A DNA stretch of 29,235 nucleotides from Octopus sinensis (Eukaryota). The position numbers were made by a program, and so were the translations under genes. Each line of letters starts with the position of its first letter. The first letter of the stretch is position 1. The notes beneath the pieces were generated by a model. It saw nothing but the letters and a program-made list of their open reading frames with translations, did no database searches and was not told the DNA's origin. Shown here in pieces: positions 12,100 to 24,736 of this stretch. The stretch is taken from positions 1 through 29,235 of the forward strand of contig NW_021836627.1 of the NCBI RefSeq assembly GCF_006345805.1. Direction: 5' to 3'.

Positions 12100-12173
12100 C
12101 ATATGTACATATATATATAATATATATATGTACATATGTACATTATATATATATATACATATGTATAGATATT

Positions 12174-12215
<42 letters not shown>

Positions 12216-12216
12216 G

Positions 12217-12266
<50 letters not shown>

Positions 12267-12565
12267 TATATATATAATATATATATATAGGTGTGTATGT
12301 GTGTTTGTATATGTGTGTGTCATAAATACATATATACAAATATGCATATGTGTGTGTGAGGGAGAGAAAGGAGAGAGAGAGGGGAGAGTGGGGGGTAGTA
12401 TGTGTGAGAATTTCGATATTCATGTGTGTATATGGAAGGGTACCAAAACTAAAGTCATTAGAAGATGCGTTATTACAACTGTTTCTCAAATGAACAGGTG
12501 TGTGTGAGTAAGTAATAATGTACGTGAGTATGCGTGCGTGCGTGTGTAAGCGTTTGTGTGTTTGC

Positions 12566-12599
<34 letters not shown>

Positions 12600-13101
12600 A
12601 TGATAGTCTGTAATATACTGTCTACTAATTTTTCGCTTAGGTACGTGGGTGTTTGCTTCAAATGTCCTGTATGTATACACACATACACACGCACACACAC
12701 ACGCACATACACACACATACACACACACACATACACATACACACACCACACACACACACACACATCATATATATGAATGTACATATGTATGTATAATGCA
12801 TTTATGTGTGTTTATGAAATTAGGAGGTATGTGCACGTTTTGGGGTATATGTGCATGTCTGTGTGTGCCCGTGTGTGAGTGTGTGTGTGTGTGCCCGTGT
12901 GTGTGTGTGTGCCCGTGTGTGTGTGTGTGCCCCTGTGTGTGTGTGTGCCCGTGTGTGTGTGTGTGCCCGTGTGTGTGCGTGCGTGGGTATGTGTGTGTGT
13001 GTGTGTGAACTTGCGTCTGTCTGTTCCAATGTATATACTGTCTACTAATTCAACGCTTATGTACGTGGGTGTTTGTTTCGGATGTGTTGGGATGTGTTTT
13101 G

Positions 13102-13146
<45 letters not shown>

Positions 13147-13540
13147 ATATATATATAATATATATATATGATTACATATGTATGTATAATGCATTTATGT
13201 GTGTTCATGAAATTAGCAGGTATGTGCACGTTTTGGGGTATATGTGCATGTCTCTGTGTGTCCGTGTGTGTGTGTGTGGACTTGCGTCTGTCTGTTCCAA
13301 TGTATAAATAGGTGTTATGACACTGAGTGAAACATCATGTTTCATTACATATGTATGTATATGTATTTGCGTGGGTTTATTGCTGCGTATATGAATTCAT
13401 CTATGGGTGATATATATATATACATGTTAATATACATACATACATACATACAAACTCACGTACATACATACATACATACATACATACATACATACATACA
13501 TACATACATACATACATACATACATACATACATACATACA
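10380..13540. repeat. ~3-kb compound simple-repeat field (CA/TG/TA/CATA) including an 18-bp GTGCCC(GT)n minisatellite and a tandem duplication
   Basis: Visible. Confidence 0.93.
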
Positions 13541-13559
13541 TGTTATGTTATTTGTCAAC

Positions 13560-14090
13560 TCATCGTCAATTATGACAACTTGGAACTTTTTTCTTGAGTC
13601 TCTTTCCTTACATGGTTTCGTAAATGTTTCTTCATGCCAGCTTTCGTCTTCATCCCTTTGCTGCACATGTTGTACTTGAAACCAAGTTTCTGGGGTCATT
13701 ACCCCTGCTTCATATCATCATGCCCTCTCGGGTGGCTCTTGGAACCAGCAAGAGAAAGACAAAAGTTTTATGACAAAAGTTTCCAACAGCTTAGTATCTG
13801 CGACAAATCTCCTGATGTTAAACAATCTTCTCGTGGATCTGAATTTGATGTAGGTCCCTTAGTCTTACTTTTAAATGCTACCGTGAATACAGCTGCAAAG
13901 TAACGAGCGAATAACATTTGTGCAAGAATGTTTCCTTGCCTTACTCCACCAAGGAAAGTTGCAGATAAATTACACTTAAGGAACACGCTATTCTTCATGT
14001 TGTCATGCAATGATTGTATTATGTCTGGAAACTTGTAATGACAACCAAACTTCTTCTTTAACACATTTCACAGCTTTGATCTGTTACCCC
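13560..14090 (-). mobile_element. Internally deleted RTE LINE (RT segment joined to C-terminal zinc finger)
   Basis: KFGCHYKFPDIIQSLHDNM...GGVRQGNILAQMLFARYF (RT QG motif), then after a deletion FKYNMCSKGMKTKAGMKKHLRNH (decayed C2H2). Confidence 0.8.
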
Positions 14091-14637
14091 TACATACTCC
14101 GACACTCTCATATACACACATACACGCATACACACACGAGGTCAAAGCAACATCACTCTCCACGAAAATCTGGAAATTAAAAAACAAATATGTTGGTTTC
14201 CATTTAACGTGGAGCGTTATGAGACACACTAAACCTTTTGTTAGTGATAGATATAGCTGTAATTTCTACTGTTTGGAATTGTGAGATCGTTGATAGATCG
14301 GATGAACTAAGGATCAAATTGCTGTACTCTATACGAATTTTTTTTTTATACTTTAAACCGATAGCATAGGTTTTTCTTGAATGGTGTATATGTATTTATG
14401 GACCGATAGCATAGCCCTTAATTACTTAATAATAAGATTTTTTTAATATCTTTATGGAGCTCAGCGTACCTTTCAACCATTATCGTGGTAACAGATCATA
14501 TTCAAACAACCCTTGCCAATCCTTGCACTAAGAACTGCTACAGATGACTGTAGGCTATTTGGCAACTTTTTCTGCCTTGTAATGGTAATAATACCCAATT
14601 TTTCTGCTGTTTTAACGGCGATTCTGCGTTCAAAATA

Positions 14638-15024
14638 AAGGGAAGGAAGCACTCCGTCGGTTACGACGACGAGGGTTCAGGTTGATCCGAATCAACGGAA
14701 CAGTCTGCTCGTTAAATTAACGTGTAAGTGGCTGAGCACTCCACAGACACGTGTACCCTTAACGTAGTTCTCGGGGATATTCAGCGTGACACAGAGAGTG
14801 ACAAGGCTGGCCCTTTGAAATACAGGTACAACAGAAACAGGAAGTAAGAGTGAGAGAAAGTTGTGGTGAAAGAGTACAGCAAGGATCACCACCACCTACC
14901 GGAGCCTCGTGGAGCTTTAGGTGTTTTCGCTCAATAAACACTCACAACGCCCGGCCTGGGAATTGAAACCGCGATCCTATGACCGCGAGTCCGCTGCCCT
15001 AACCACTGGGCCATTGCGCCTCCA
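14638..15024 (-). mobile_element. Full-length tRNA-derived SINE (head B plus tail B)
   Basis: A/B boxes on the minus strand; perfect 14-bp TSD CTGCGTTCAAAATA at 14624-14637 and 15025-15038. Confidence 0.95.
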
Positions 15025-15634
15025 CTGCGTTCAAAATATCACTTTCTTGTCTGTATCGTGCGATTCACTTTCAACGCGTCTAAAAAAAACCAACAACAAA
15101 TATAAGTTTGTTGCTATACACACTTGGTTGTTATGTTTTATACCATTTATAATTTCAATGTTAATTCTAGCATTGCGATATATTTTATAATAACTGCATC
15201 ATCATCTTTAACCACTGACATTATAATGCTTTTTAAAGTTTTATAATACTATATAAACTTTCTGAACACTGATCCCTTTTAGTTCCTATAAACTCTGTTA
15301 AGATTTATTTATTTATTACCCACCCAAGGAAATTTTTTAATCATTAGATAATTGGACCTGTATTGGTTTAATTGATTTATTCTGTTTTAAGTAATATTGT
15401 GGCAATTGTGGCCGATATAAATATTTGGTTAACGTTTTTCTTCCTATTTATTGAGTTATTGGTTTTATTTTTCTTTCTCAAGAAGCGTGACCTTTCAATT
15501 GATAGACTCTTTGCAAATAATTAACAGATAGCGACACATTCTGCCAAACAACATACATATATTCATATATTCATCAATTCACAAATTTATTAATTCATTA
15601 AATTAACACGGTATATGAAATATGCAAATTTTAA

Positions 15635-15852
15635 GGCGGCAATTTGACAGAATCATTAGCACAGCGGTCTAAATTCTTATTGGAATTTCGTCCATCTTCA
15701 TATTTTGAGTTCAAATTTCGCCATGGTTGGCTTTGCCTTTCATCCTTTCGGGGTCGATAAAATAAGTACCAGTTGTGCACTGGTGTCGATGTAATCGACT
15801 AGCCTCCTCCCCAAAAATTTTCAGGCCTTGTTCCTAGAGCAGAAAGGATTAT
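15635..15852 (+). mobile_element. tRNA-derived SINE, family C
   Basis: GAGTTCAAAT B-box; core GCCTTTCATCCTTTCGGGGTCGATAAA shared with 17670-17903. Confidence 0.85.
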
Positions 15853-15959
15853 TTTTGGGCGGAAGTGTATTTATTTATTTGTCTATGCCGATCAGTCTTC
15901 CAGCCATCGTATGGACCAATTCTCTCTCTATATTTTCCTCTCAATTTTTCCTTTCTCTA

Positions 15960-16500
15960 AGCGCATGCGTGGTTGTGTGGTGAGAAGTTTGCTTCCCAGC
16001 CACATGGTTCCCGGTTCAGTCCCACAGCGTGGCACCTCGGGCATGTGTCTTCTACAGCAGCCACGGGCTGACCAAAGTCTTGTGAGTGGATTTGGTAGAG
16101 AAAACTGAAAGAAGCCCGTTGTATGTGTGTGTTTGTGTGTTTGTGTATTTGTGTGTGTGTGTTTGTGTGTTTGTGTATTTGTGTGTGTGTGTGTGTGTGT
16201 GTGTTTGTGCGCGTGTGTGTGTTTGTGTTTGTACGTATGTGTCGTGTGTGCTTGTGTGTGTATGTGAGCGCGCATGTGTGTGTCTGTGTTTGTCCCCCAC
16301 CCCACCCGCCATCACTTGACAACCGGTGCGGGTGAGTTTATGTCCCCGTAACCTAGCAGTTCGGCGAAAGAGACCGATAAAACAAGTACTAGGCTTACAA
16401 AGAATAAATCCAGGGGGTCGATTTTTTCCGACTAAAACCCTTCAAGGCGGTGCTCCAGCATGGCCGCAGTCAAATGACTGTAACAAATAAAAGAGCAAAA
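15960..16500 (+). mobile_element. tRNA-derived SINE, family A
   Basis: Colinear with 516-936; expanded internal (TG)n. Confidence 0.9.
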
Positions 16501-17060
16501 AAAATCAAAGAATATATTTTCCTCGCTTTTTTCCTTTCTTTTTTCCTCTCTTTACTTCATTCATCTCCTTGTCCTATTATTTTCCCCCCCTTTCTCCATC
16601 TCTCCTTTCATCATCATTAATTAAGAAAATAATAAACTAACGCCGATTAAAAATAATATTGTTCAATAAATATCATTTTAGGGCATTGTCAGCGACTGCC
16701 TTTGAACTCGTCTCGATAAGGTTAAATGTTCGATTGGCACTTACTATCTGTTGTATTTAGATAAATTCTGCCACTACTGGCCTCTCTGGAAGAGACAACG
16801 AAGTTTAATGACCTCTTATAGATCTCAATACCACTAGCTGTCTTATTTACGATCTTAATCCACGATCTACTCCTCTTCATTGACAATTTAGACACACTCA
16901 CCTTAAATTTCTTAATTGTTGTTATTCTGATTAGAAATTTCACATGTTGATAATCTACTAATTAACCAACAAGTCATTGGTCACCTGTTTACCTAATTGC
17001 CTGATGAGTTGGGAATTATGTAACGTATTACATAATCTAATTTTATTTGGAAAACCCGTC

Positions 17061-17116
<56 letters not shown>

Positions 17117-17469
17117 GAAATAGTGAACGCCCTGAGAAACATTTTTTGAAAAGGGAAAAGATAGAAAAAAAACCACTCCACTCTTTTGAACGTCCATGCA
17201 GGAAAAGAAAGATGGTAACGTGAGGAAAAGAAAGATGGACGATGGTCACATGCGAGGAAAGGAAGAGAAAGAGAGAGAGAAAAAGAGAAAGGGGAGGAGA
17301 GAGAGACAGATAGAAAACAGGGAAGGAGGGTGAGAGAGAGGAAGGGAACTAGAGAAGGATGGAGGAAGAAAACAGTATAGAGTAAAGAGTCGCATCAAAA
17401 AGGTGAAGAAAACTTACTTGGAAACGGATGCGTCACATTCAATTAAATAATAAATAGTAAATAATATTA

Positions 17470-18018
<549 letters not shown>

Positions 18019-18374
18019 TGGTATCTTATCTGTTTCTTTATTGGATTATTGAATAAATATGTGTAACTATATAGCGATATATCACAATACTATGTATTGT
18101 GCGCGTAAGATAAGAAACAATATGATGGAGTTGATAGAATTAAGTAAGAGCTCACACACTCTCAGTAATAATGATTTTGTCGATCGCCAGAACAACGTAA
18201 CCCTGCGAGAAAATGCTGGTCTGGATTGAACTGTATGAACTAAAATAACGTTCTTTTGACACAGACAGTATTTTCCAATAAGGAGAGGTCATTGTTTAAC
18301 AAAATATGTGAAGAGTCTGGAAACACAGGTTGGTGGTGGGGAGGGGTACTTGTGCTGTGAGGGTGCTGCTGATG

Positions 18375-18789
18375 CTGTTGCTGTTGCTGTTGATCTGTTG
18401 CTGTTGAGCGAAGCGGTCTTCGTCCCAGAACTCGCAAGATCGCGCCTCTGTAGTGGGAGAAGTCCGAAACGTGGTCCTTTGCTATTCGTAAGACCCGCAG
18501 AAGAGAAAGCAGGTCAACCCCCGACACCGAGAGCATCGACGGATGGATGAATGCGCATCCAGGCTCAGCTGTTGTGTAGAAGTCGGGGACAAGAAACAGG
18601 AAGAAAGAGTGAGAGAAAGTTGAGGCGAAAGAATACAACAGGGGTCGCCATTACCCCCTGCCGGAGCCTCGTGGAGCTTTAGGTGTTTTCGCTCAATAAA
18701 CACACACAACGCCCGGTCTGGGAATCGAAACCGCGATCCTCCGACCGCGAGTTCGCTGCTCTAACCATTGGGCCATTACACCTCCACAA
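18375..18789 (-). mobile_element. tRNA-derived SINE (head B plus a distinct tail ending in CAACAG repeats)
   Basis: Head colinear with 14830-15024; TSD GCTGCTGATG at 18365-18374 and 18790-18799. Confidence 0.9.
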
Positions 18790-19014
18790 GCTGCTGATGT
18801 TGGGTTCTCCGTCAGACAGGGGACGATTATTTATCTGACTGATTTTCCCATCTTCAAATTAATTATAGGGATTCCACAAACAATGTAATTCTCAGGTTTC
18901 GAATCAGCGTGACACAATGTGACTAAGAACTTAGCGTTTTAAGTACATTCTATAGAATGAAAAATGTAAGGGAGAGAGAGAGAAGTGGGGAGAGATTCCC
19001 CCACGGCTTTGACA

Positions 19015-19297
19015 AAAGTAATTTAAACCATAGATGAGACCCTTTTGGCATCTGACGAGATTGTGACTCCTAGGTAGGTGAACTAGTTGACTCCCTTTAG
19101 TTCAGTCATCCCGATAGTGATGTGATGGGGATAGTATTCTTGCTGTGGTGTGGGTTTATGGAGCACTACTACCGTTCAGGGTCAGAACAGGCCTGGGAGT
19201 AATAGTAGATAAGGGGTCACTCCTTGCTCCCAACAACACCAGAACTCCCGAACTGAAGCCTCACCAATGGATGCAGTTTCATGTCATACTCGGGACA
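19015..19297. mobile_element. Interspersed (SINE-like) repeat fragment interrupted by an RTE piece
   Basis: ATTTAAACCATAGATGAGACCCT...ACTACTACCGTTCAGGGTCAG matches the contiguous sequence at 23583-23635. Confidence 0.55.
19045..19165 (-). mobile_element. RTE LINE internal fragment
   Basis: VLHKPTPQQEYYPHHITIGMTELKGVN*FTYLGVTISSDAK; DNA homologous to 25366-25428. Confidence 0.85.
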
Positions 19298-19299
19298 TA

Positions 19300-19688
19300 C
19301 GTACCATCATAGGGGTCAACCGTCCTGCTGATGTGAATATCTCTTTGAAAATCAAAGAGAAAGAGGATAACGATGGACAGCTGTTTCGAAACCTCCAGTT
19401 TCTATATCCGGATTATACATTCACGTTTATTCCAATAATAATCAGAGCACTTGGTTTTGCGAGGAAATGCTTAACAGTCAGTCTGGATAATCTAAGGTCT
19501 TTAGAAATAAGAAACTCGAACATTACAAATACAATCTGCAAGTGGAGCAACAAAAATAGGCGATACTTTTCTTAAATCCAAACGTGACATTGCTTTCGTT
19601 ATCTACTATAAAAACGATGGAACTTTGTGTCTTTGTTAGAAACCAGCTCCTGCCTCGGAGGAAGAATTTAAATAAAAACAGAAGAGAG
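19300..19688 (+). mobile_element. 3' end of REL-endonuclease LINE, copy 2
   Basis: PADVNISLKIKEKEDNDGQLFRNLQFLYPDYTFTFIPIII; homologous to 1350-1707; followed directly by (CATA)n. Confidence 0.8.
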
Positions 19689-20422
19689 CATACATACATA
19701 CATACATACATTCATAAATACATATATACATATATACATATATACATACATACATGCATGCATACATACATACATGCATACATGCATGCATGCATACATA
19801 CATACATGCATGCATTCATACATACATACATACATACATACATACATACATACATACATACATGCATGCATGCATACATACATACATACATACATACATG
19901 CATACATATCTACATACATACATGCGTACGTACGTACGTACATACATACATGCATACATACATACATACATACATACATACATACATGCATACATACATG
20001 CATACACATACACACATGCATATATATATACATACATATATTCATACCTGCATACATACATTCATACCTTCATACACACATATATACATACATACAAACA
20101 TATATACATACATGCATTCATACATACATACGTACATACATACATACATGAATACATAACTTCATACACACACATATATATATATACATACATACAAACA
20201 TACATACATAATACATGCATACATACATGCATACATTCATACATACATACATACATACATACATACATACATAATACATGCATACATACATACATACATA
20301 CATACATACATGCATACATACATACCTTCATACACACATATATATATTTATACATACATACAAACATATATACATACATGCATGCATATACACATACATA
20401 CATTCATACATACATACATACA

Positions 20423-20454
<32 letters not shown>

Positions 20455-20632
20455 CACATACATACACACACACATACATACATGCACACACACACATATA
20501 TACATACATACATACATACATACATACACATACATACATATACACATACACACACACACACACATACATACATACATACATACATACATACATACATACT
20601 ACATACATATATACATACATACATACATACAT
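19689..20632. repeat. ~940-bp degenerate (CATA)n array
   Basis: Visible. Confidence 0.97.
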
Positions 20633-20813
20633 ATTAGTAGTGACTTCGAAATTTCGGCCAGCTAAGCCCTATTCGCGGTCAGTGTAAATACTGGTGTTGC
20701 AATCTTCATATCATAATTTTGTACTCAGCAATATTATATTGAGTAATCGCTCAGTTTGATATAAAATTGATTTATTATAACATAAAACCAAACATAAATA
20801 CATTATATATAAA

Positions 20814-20814
<1 letters not shown>

Positions 20815-20895
<81 letters not shown>

Positions 20896-20944
20896 TATAT
20901 ATATATTATATATATGTATGTATGTAAGTGAGAAAGTTGGTGTG

Positions 20945-20975
<31 letters not shown>

Positions 20976-21110
20976 TCCATGTTAAAAAGAAATATATATG
21001 TGTATGTATGTATGTATGTATGTATGTATGTATGTATGTATGTATGTATGTATGTATGTATGTATGTATTACATACATTAATATGTATGTATGCATTTTA
21101 TGCATGTATA
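20815..21110. repeat. (TA)n and (TATG)n microsatellites
   Basis: Visible. Confidence 0.95.
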
Positions 21111-21429
21111 TAATACTACCAAAGATGTTCCGATATTAGTATAGTTATGAATATACGATCACCATGGCGGAATGGCGTATGTACGTGTGTGTTTGTGGTT
21201 GAGAAAAAGTGTGTTCCTCTATAATTATTCCAATAAATCATAAACTGTGACTCATTTCACGTGATATCAATGATACCAATTTAGAAGAGGTTCTTCATAA
21301 ATATTGGCATTGCTGCTTCGCTTGGAACTGTCTTAGATTTCGGATATGGCCGCTGAAGTTATTAGCATTTAGCGTAGCAGTACTGACCTACATGTAGGTC
21401 GCTGGTAATACAGCTAATCCTTCATGTTT

Positions 21430-21451
21430 GTGCGTATGCGTGCGTGTGTAT

Positions 21452-21496
<45 letters not shown>

Positions 21497-21802
21497 CGTG
21501 TGTGCGTGCGTGTGTGTGTGTGTGTGCTGGTGTGAGTGTGCTTGTGTGTGTGTGTGTGTAGACGGATGTACAGATGTGTAAGTCTATGTTCTATATATAT
21601 ATATATATATACATACATTCACACACATATATATATACATACGTAAATATAGAAATACATATATACACACATATATATATGTATATACATATTATACATA
21701 TATACACACATTACATATATATATATATGTGTGTGTGTGTGTGTACGTATACATACATACATGTATCTACGCACACACTTTCATGTATGTACACACACAT
21801 TC

Positions 21803-21873
<71 letters not shown>

Positions 21874-22160
21874 GAAGTTCTACAGTCTGTTGCAGTACAC
21901 TGTCATATCAAGTTCTACACTAAATTTATGCATTAATTAGCATTAAAAATAATCAAATTAAGTACTTGTAATTAAAATAAGCATAATAAAACATATATAC
22001 GTGTTTGTGTGTATGTTTATGCTTGTGTGTGTGTGTAAACATGTTTAAGGTGTAGACATACACACAGACTTACAAAACTACATACATGCACGCAAACACA
22101 CACACACATACACGCATACACACATACACGCATGTGCACACATGCACACAGATACGCAAG
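21430..22160. repeat. (TG)n/(TA)n/(CA)n compound repeats
   Basis: Visible. Confidence 0.9.
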
Positions 22161-22304
22161 GTATTAGTGGAATTAGAACAAACTAGAATGATAACTTTAA
22201 TTTGCACTAATATTTAAAAAGATATATACTTATTAATCTGTTTGTGTATGTGGGAGTGTGTCTGCGAGTGTGAGCGAGTGTGCGCGCGCGTCTTTGGAGC
22301 TATA

Positions 22305-22460
22305 TACAGAAGCAACGGACCTCGAAACGCAAGCCACGTGGTTTATGAAGTTCTGTCCTGCTGCGTGGGGCTTTTGGCAGGTACCCTGTCCTGCAGCTCC
22401 GAGCTGACCGATGCCCTATAGGTGATTTTTGTGAATGGAGATTGTGCAGAAACCCGGCAA
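22305..22460 (+). mobile_element. Old, diverged family-A-like SINE head
   Basis: CCACGTGGTT..GTTCTGTCCTGCTGCGTGG..TTGGCAGGT resembles 558-603. Confidence 0.5.
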
Positions 22461-22575
22461 ACATACATACAACTATATATATATAGTTCAAATTTATAGA
22501 AGAACAAAAGACGAAGACAGGTGTAGGAACAACAAGCAAATGTATTAGTCTGACCCTCGGGAAGAATGGAAAAGT

Positions 22576-22611
22576 CTTTTACGTTTCGTGCCTTCGCTCT
22601 TCGACAGAAAG
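22576..22611 (-). ncRNA. Variant minimal hammerhead-like motif in a PLE terminal-repeat-like island (22485-22650)
   Basis: Minus strand: cttt CTGTCGA a gagc-gaag-gcac GAAA cg TA aaag; A6 to T deviation; island related to 27094-27278. Confidence 0.45.
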
Positions 22612-22667
22612 GAATAAGGGGAAATAGATAGAGAGAGAATGAAAATAACGCATTGAGTTCAGTGGTC

Positions 22668-22822
22668 ACGGCGAGTTTCTTTCAGTTTCCGTTAACCAAA
22701 TCCACTCACAAGGTCCGATCGGCCCTAGGTTATAGAAGAAGACATTTGATCAAGGTTCCACTCAGTGGAATTGAACATGGAATCATGTGGTTGGGAACCA
22801 AACTTCTTACCACACAGCCACA
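22668..22822 (-). mobile_element. Family A SINE 5' portion
   Basis: Reverse complement of 525-677. Confidence 0.85.
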
Positions 22823-22827
22823 CTAGG

Positions 22828-24235
22828 GTACGAGAAGCAACAGCAGCCTTCAGTGAAACTACAGTGTAGTGAGGATGTCGTTTAGTGATCCTTTCAACAC
22901 GTTCATGGGATTTACATCCCATCGACAGCTACGTTTGTTTCAAGGCCAAAAGTTTCGTGTTACATTATCGTAAAGATTGTCTGACAGCTATTCTTGAGTT
23001 ACGTGGGTTTTGTGAGAAGGCGCTGAGTCCTGTTGAAATTTGTACAGCCTTCCGTTGCGTACTTCATCCATCTAGAACCTACCACAACTATCTCAACGTA
23101 TCCGGTTGCATTAGTTCTAAGACCTTGTGCGAAGATGTCAGGTGGCATGACACGACCTTATTTACTTACTACTGGAAACTTGGCGTAAATCATCCCGAGG
23201 ACATCAGAAAGATCCGCACATAACCATTTATTAAATCTCTTCTCAGACTTTTGGCCTTGGTCGAAGATTTTCTTATCAGAGGAGAATCAAGGCCTACCAT
23301 ATTCATAAGGTTTTTAAACTTCCTTCACTAACGACTGAATACGGATTAAACGGTTTTCCTGTCTCTTTACAGACATGAATTCGCTTCTCTTCAATATATA
23401 CATGTATCGAATATCCTCGAACACCGAAATACTGATAGTTCATTCCAACAGCAGAAACTTTTTTGGTGAAACCGTTCACTAATGTACAGGTCATCATTGA
23501 TAATGTTTTGAACGCGTTGGGTGAATCGCGGTATAGGCATACACACACAAATAATGAGACCCTCCTCTGCCTCTGAAAAATCTATTTAACCCATAGATGG
23601 AACCCTGACAGCTACTACTGTTCCGGTTCAGCAGGAATGTCCGAACGTTTAGGATGTTTTTTCTCTTTGATACATTTAAAACAATTCCATCAGAAGCTTC
23701 AAATTCCACCCCGAACTTTGTGTACAAAAGATCTTGCAACATTTAGAAAGCCGGTAACTTCTAAATCACTGTGTTCCGAACATACCACAACAATGACTGC
23801 ATGTCTTTTCATTTCTTGTGTAAGCATTTTATCTACGATATGGGATCTAAAAACCTTTTAACTGGTCTGAAAAGAGTAATATACTGATAACTTCTTCTTA
23901 ATCCTTTTTGCCCCTTGTGGAGCATAGGACCGGTTTCCCGGTTTCCTTGGCGTATAGGTTCCCCACCTGGACGGGACGCCGGTCCGTCGAAGGTGAGCTG
24001 CAAGATGCAGGAGGAAAGAGTGAGAGAAAGTTGTGGCGACAGAGTCAGCAGAAGTTCGCCAATACCTTCTGCCGGAGCCGCGTGGCGCTTAGGTGTTTCG
24101 CTCATAAACACACACATCGCCCGGTCTGAGATTCGAACCCGCGATCCCTCGACCGCGAATCCGCAGTTCTAACTACTAGGTCATGTGCCTTCACTATACT
24201 GATCACTAATAGTTTCAAATACCCCTCCTCCCCTG
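22828..24235 (-). mobile_element. Tc1/mariner-superfamily (maT/DD37D-like) DNA transposon with transposase pseudogene
   Basis: Terminus TA|CAGGG at 24237-24231. From 23827: MLTQEMKRHAVIV...HSDLEVTGFLNVARSFVHKVR; then FSSDKKIFDQ, VMPPDIFAQGLR, YKFQQDSAPSHKTHVTQE, NFWP, VERITKRHPHYTVVSLKAAV. Many frameshifts and two insertions. Confidence 0.88.
23893..24194 (-). mobile_element. tRNA-derived SINE (head B, V-domain-like body, RTE-like tail) inserted in the transposon 5' region
   Basis: TSD TATACTGAT(A/C)ACT at 23880-23892 and 24195-24207; tail CCTATGCTCCACAAGGGGCAAAAAGGATTAAGAAG. Confidence 0.92.
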
Positions 24236-24251
24236 TATCTGTATATGCATT

Positions 24252-24282
<31 letters not shown>

Positions 24283-24397
24283 TATATATATATAATATAT
24301 ATTATTAGAGACAAAACCACTATTATGCAAATCAAACAAAGAAAGACTTAAACCAATACATAAAAAATTTTATATAAATTAAATATAATTAAGATAT

Positions 24398-24443
24398 CCA
24401 CTACGATCGTTTCTTGTCACTTCTATTGACATTCATCAGGTGG
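24398..24443 (-). ncRNA. Type I hammerhead ribozyme motif
   Basis: Minus strand: ccac CTGATGA a tgtca-atagaag-tgaca a GAAA cgatcg TA gtgg; intact core, stem I 4 bp, stem II 5 bp (A.A at base), palindromic stem III. Confidence 0.8.
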
Positions 24444-24736
24444 TTTCAAGACCTAAAATATAATCAATATTTTTAAGATATAAATTAGAAATGACTAATA
24501 TATATAAAAATAAAATTATCAATGAAAAAATATATATATATATGTATGTATATATGTTATGTATGTATGTATGTATGTATGTATGTATGTATGTATGTAT
24601 GTATGTATGTATGTATGCTAGTATATTCTGAGTCACATTAGTAGCAACATGGACTTTCTCCCTCTTCTTGCTCTATTAGAGAATTTGAGTAAAATTATAT
24701 TAATGTGTCCAGCTGACTAAAACATTCTATTTATTT

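Noticed and set aside
10392-13307. Long ORFs rich in YI/HT/CV (also 1640-2186, 4263-4700, 19584-20687, 28142-28733)
   Set aside because: Translations of stop-free microsatellites
14357-14414. ACCGATAGCATAG direct repeat
   Set aside because: Only two short copies with no further structure
14945-15024. tRNA genes (also the heads at 516, 9720, 17670, 18715, 24120, 27750)
   Set aside because: Pol III boxes continue into SINE bodies, several with TSDs; no intact cloverleaf
17001-17062. CTGATGA...GAAA...GTC possible hammerhead
   Set aside because: Stem I does not pair convincingly, GAAA is displaced from the stem II base, and there is no palindromic stem III
19051-19057. CTGACGA hammerhead core
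   Set aside because: It is the antisense of RTE coding sequence (ISSD), with no matching GAAA or stems
20635-20700. Minus-strand GGCC-GAAA hairpin in a microsatellite-bounded island
   Set aside because: No recognisable CUGANGA; too weak to call
22885-23223. 112-aa plus-strand ORF as a gene
   Set aside because: Antisense to the transposase pseudogene except for the small inverted motif
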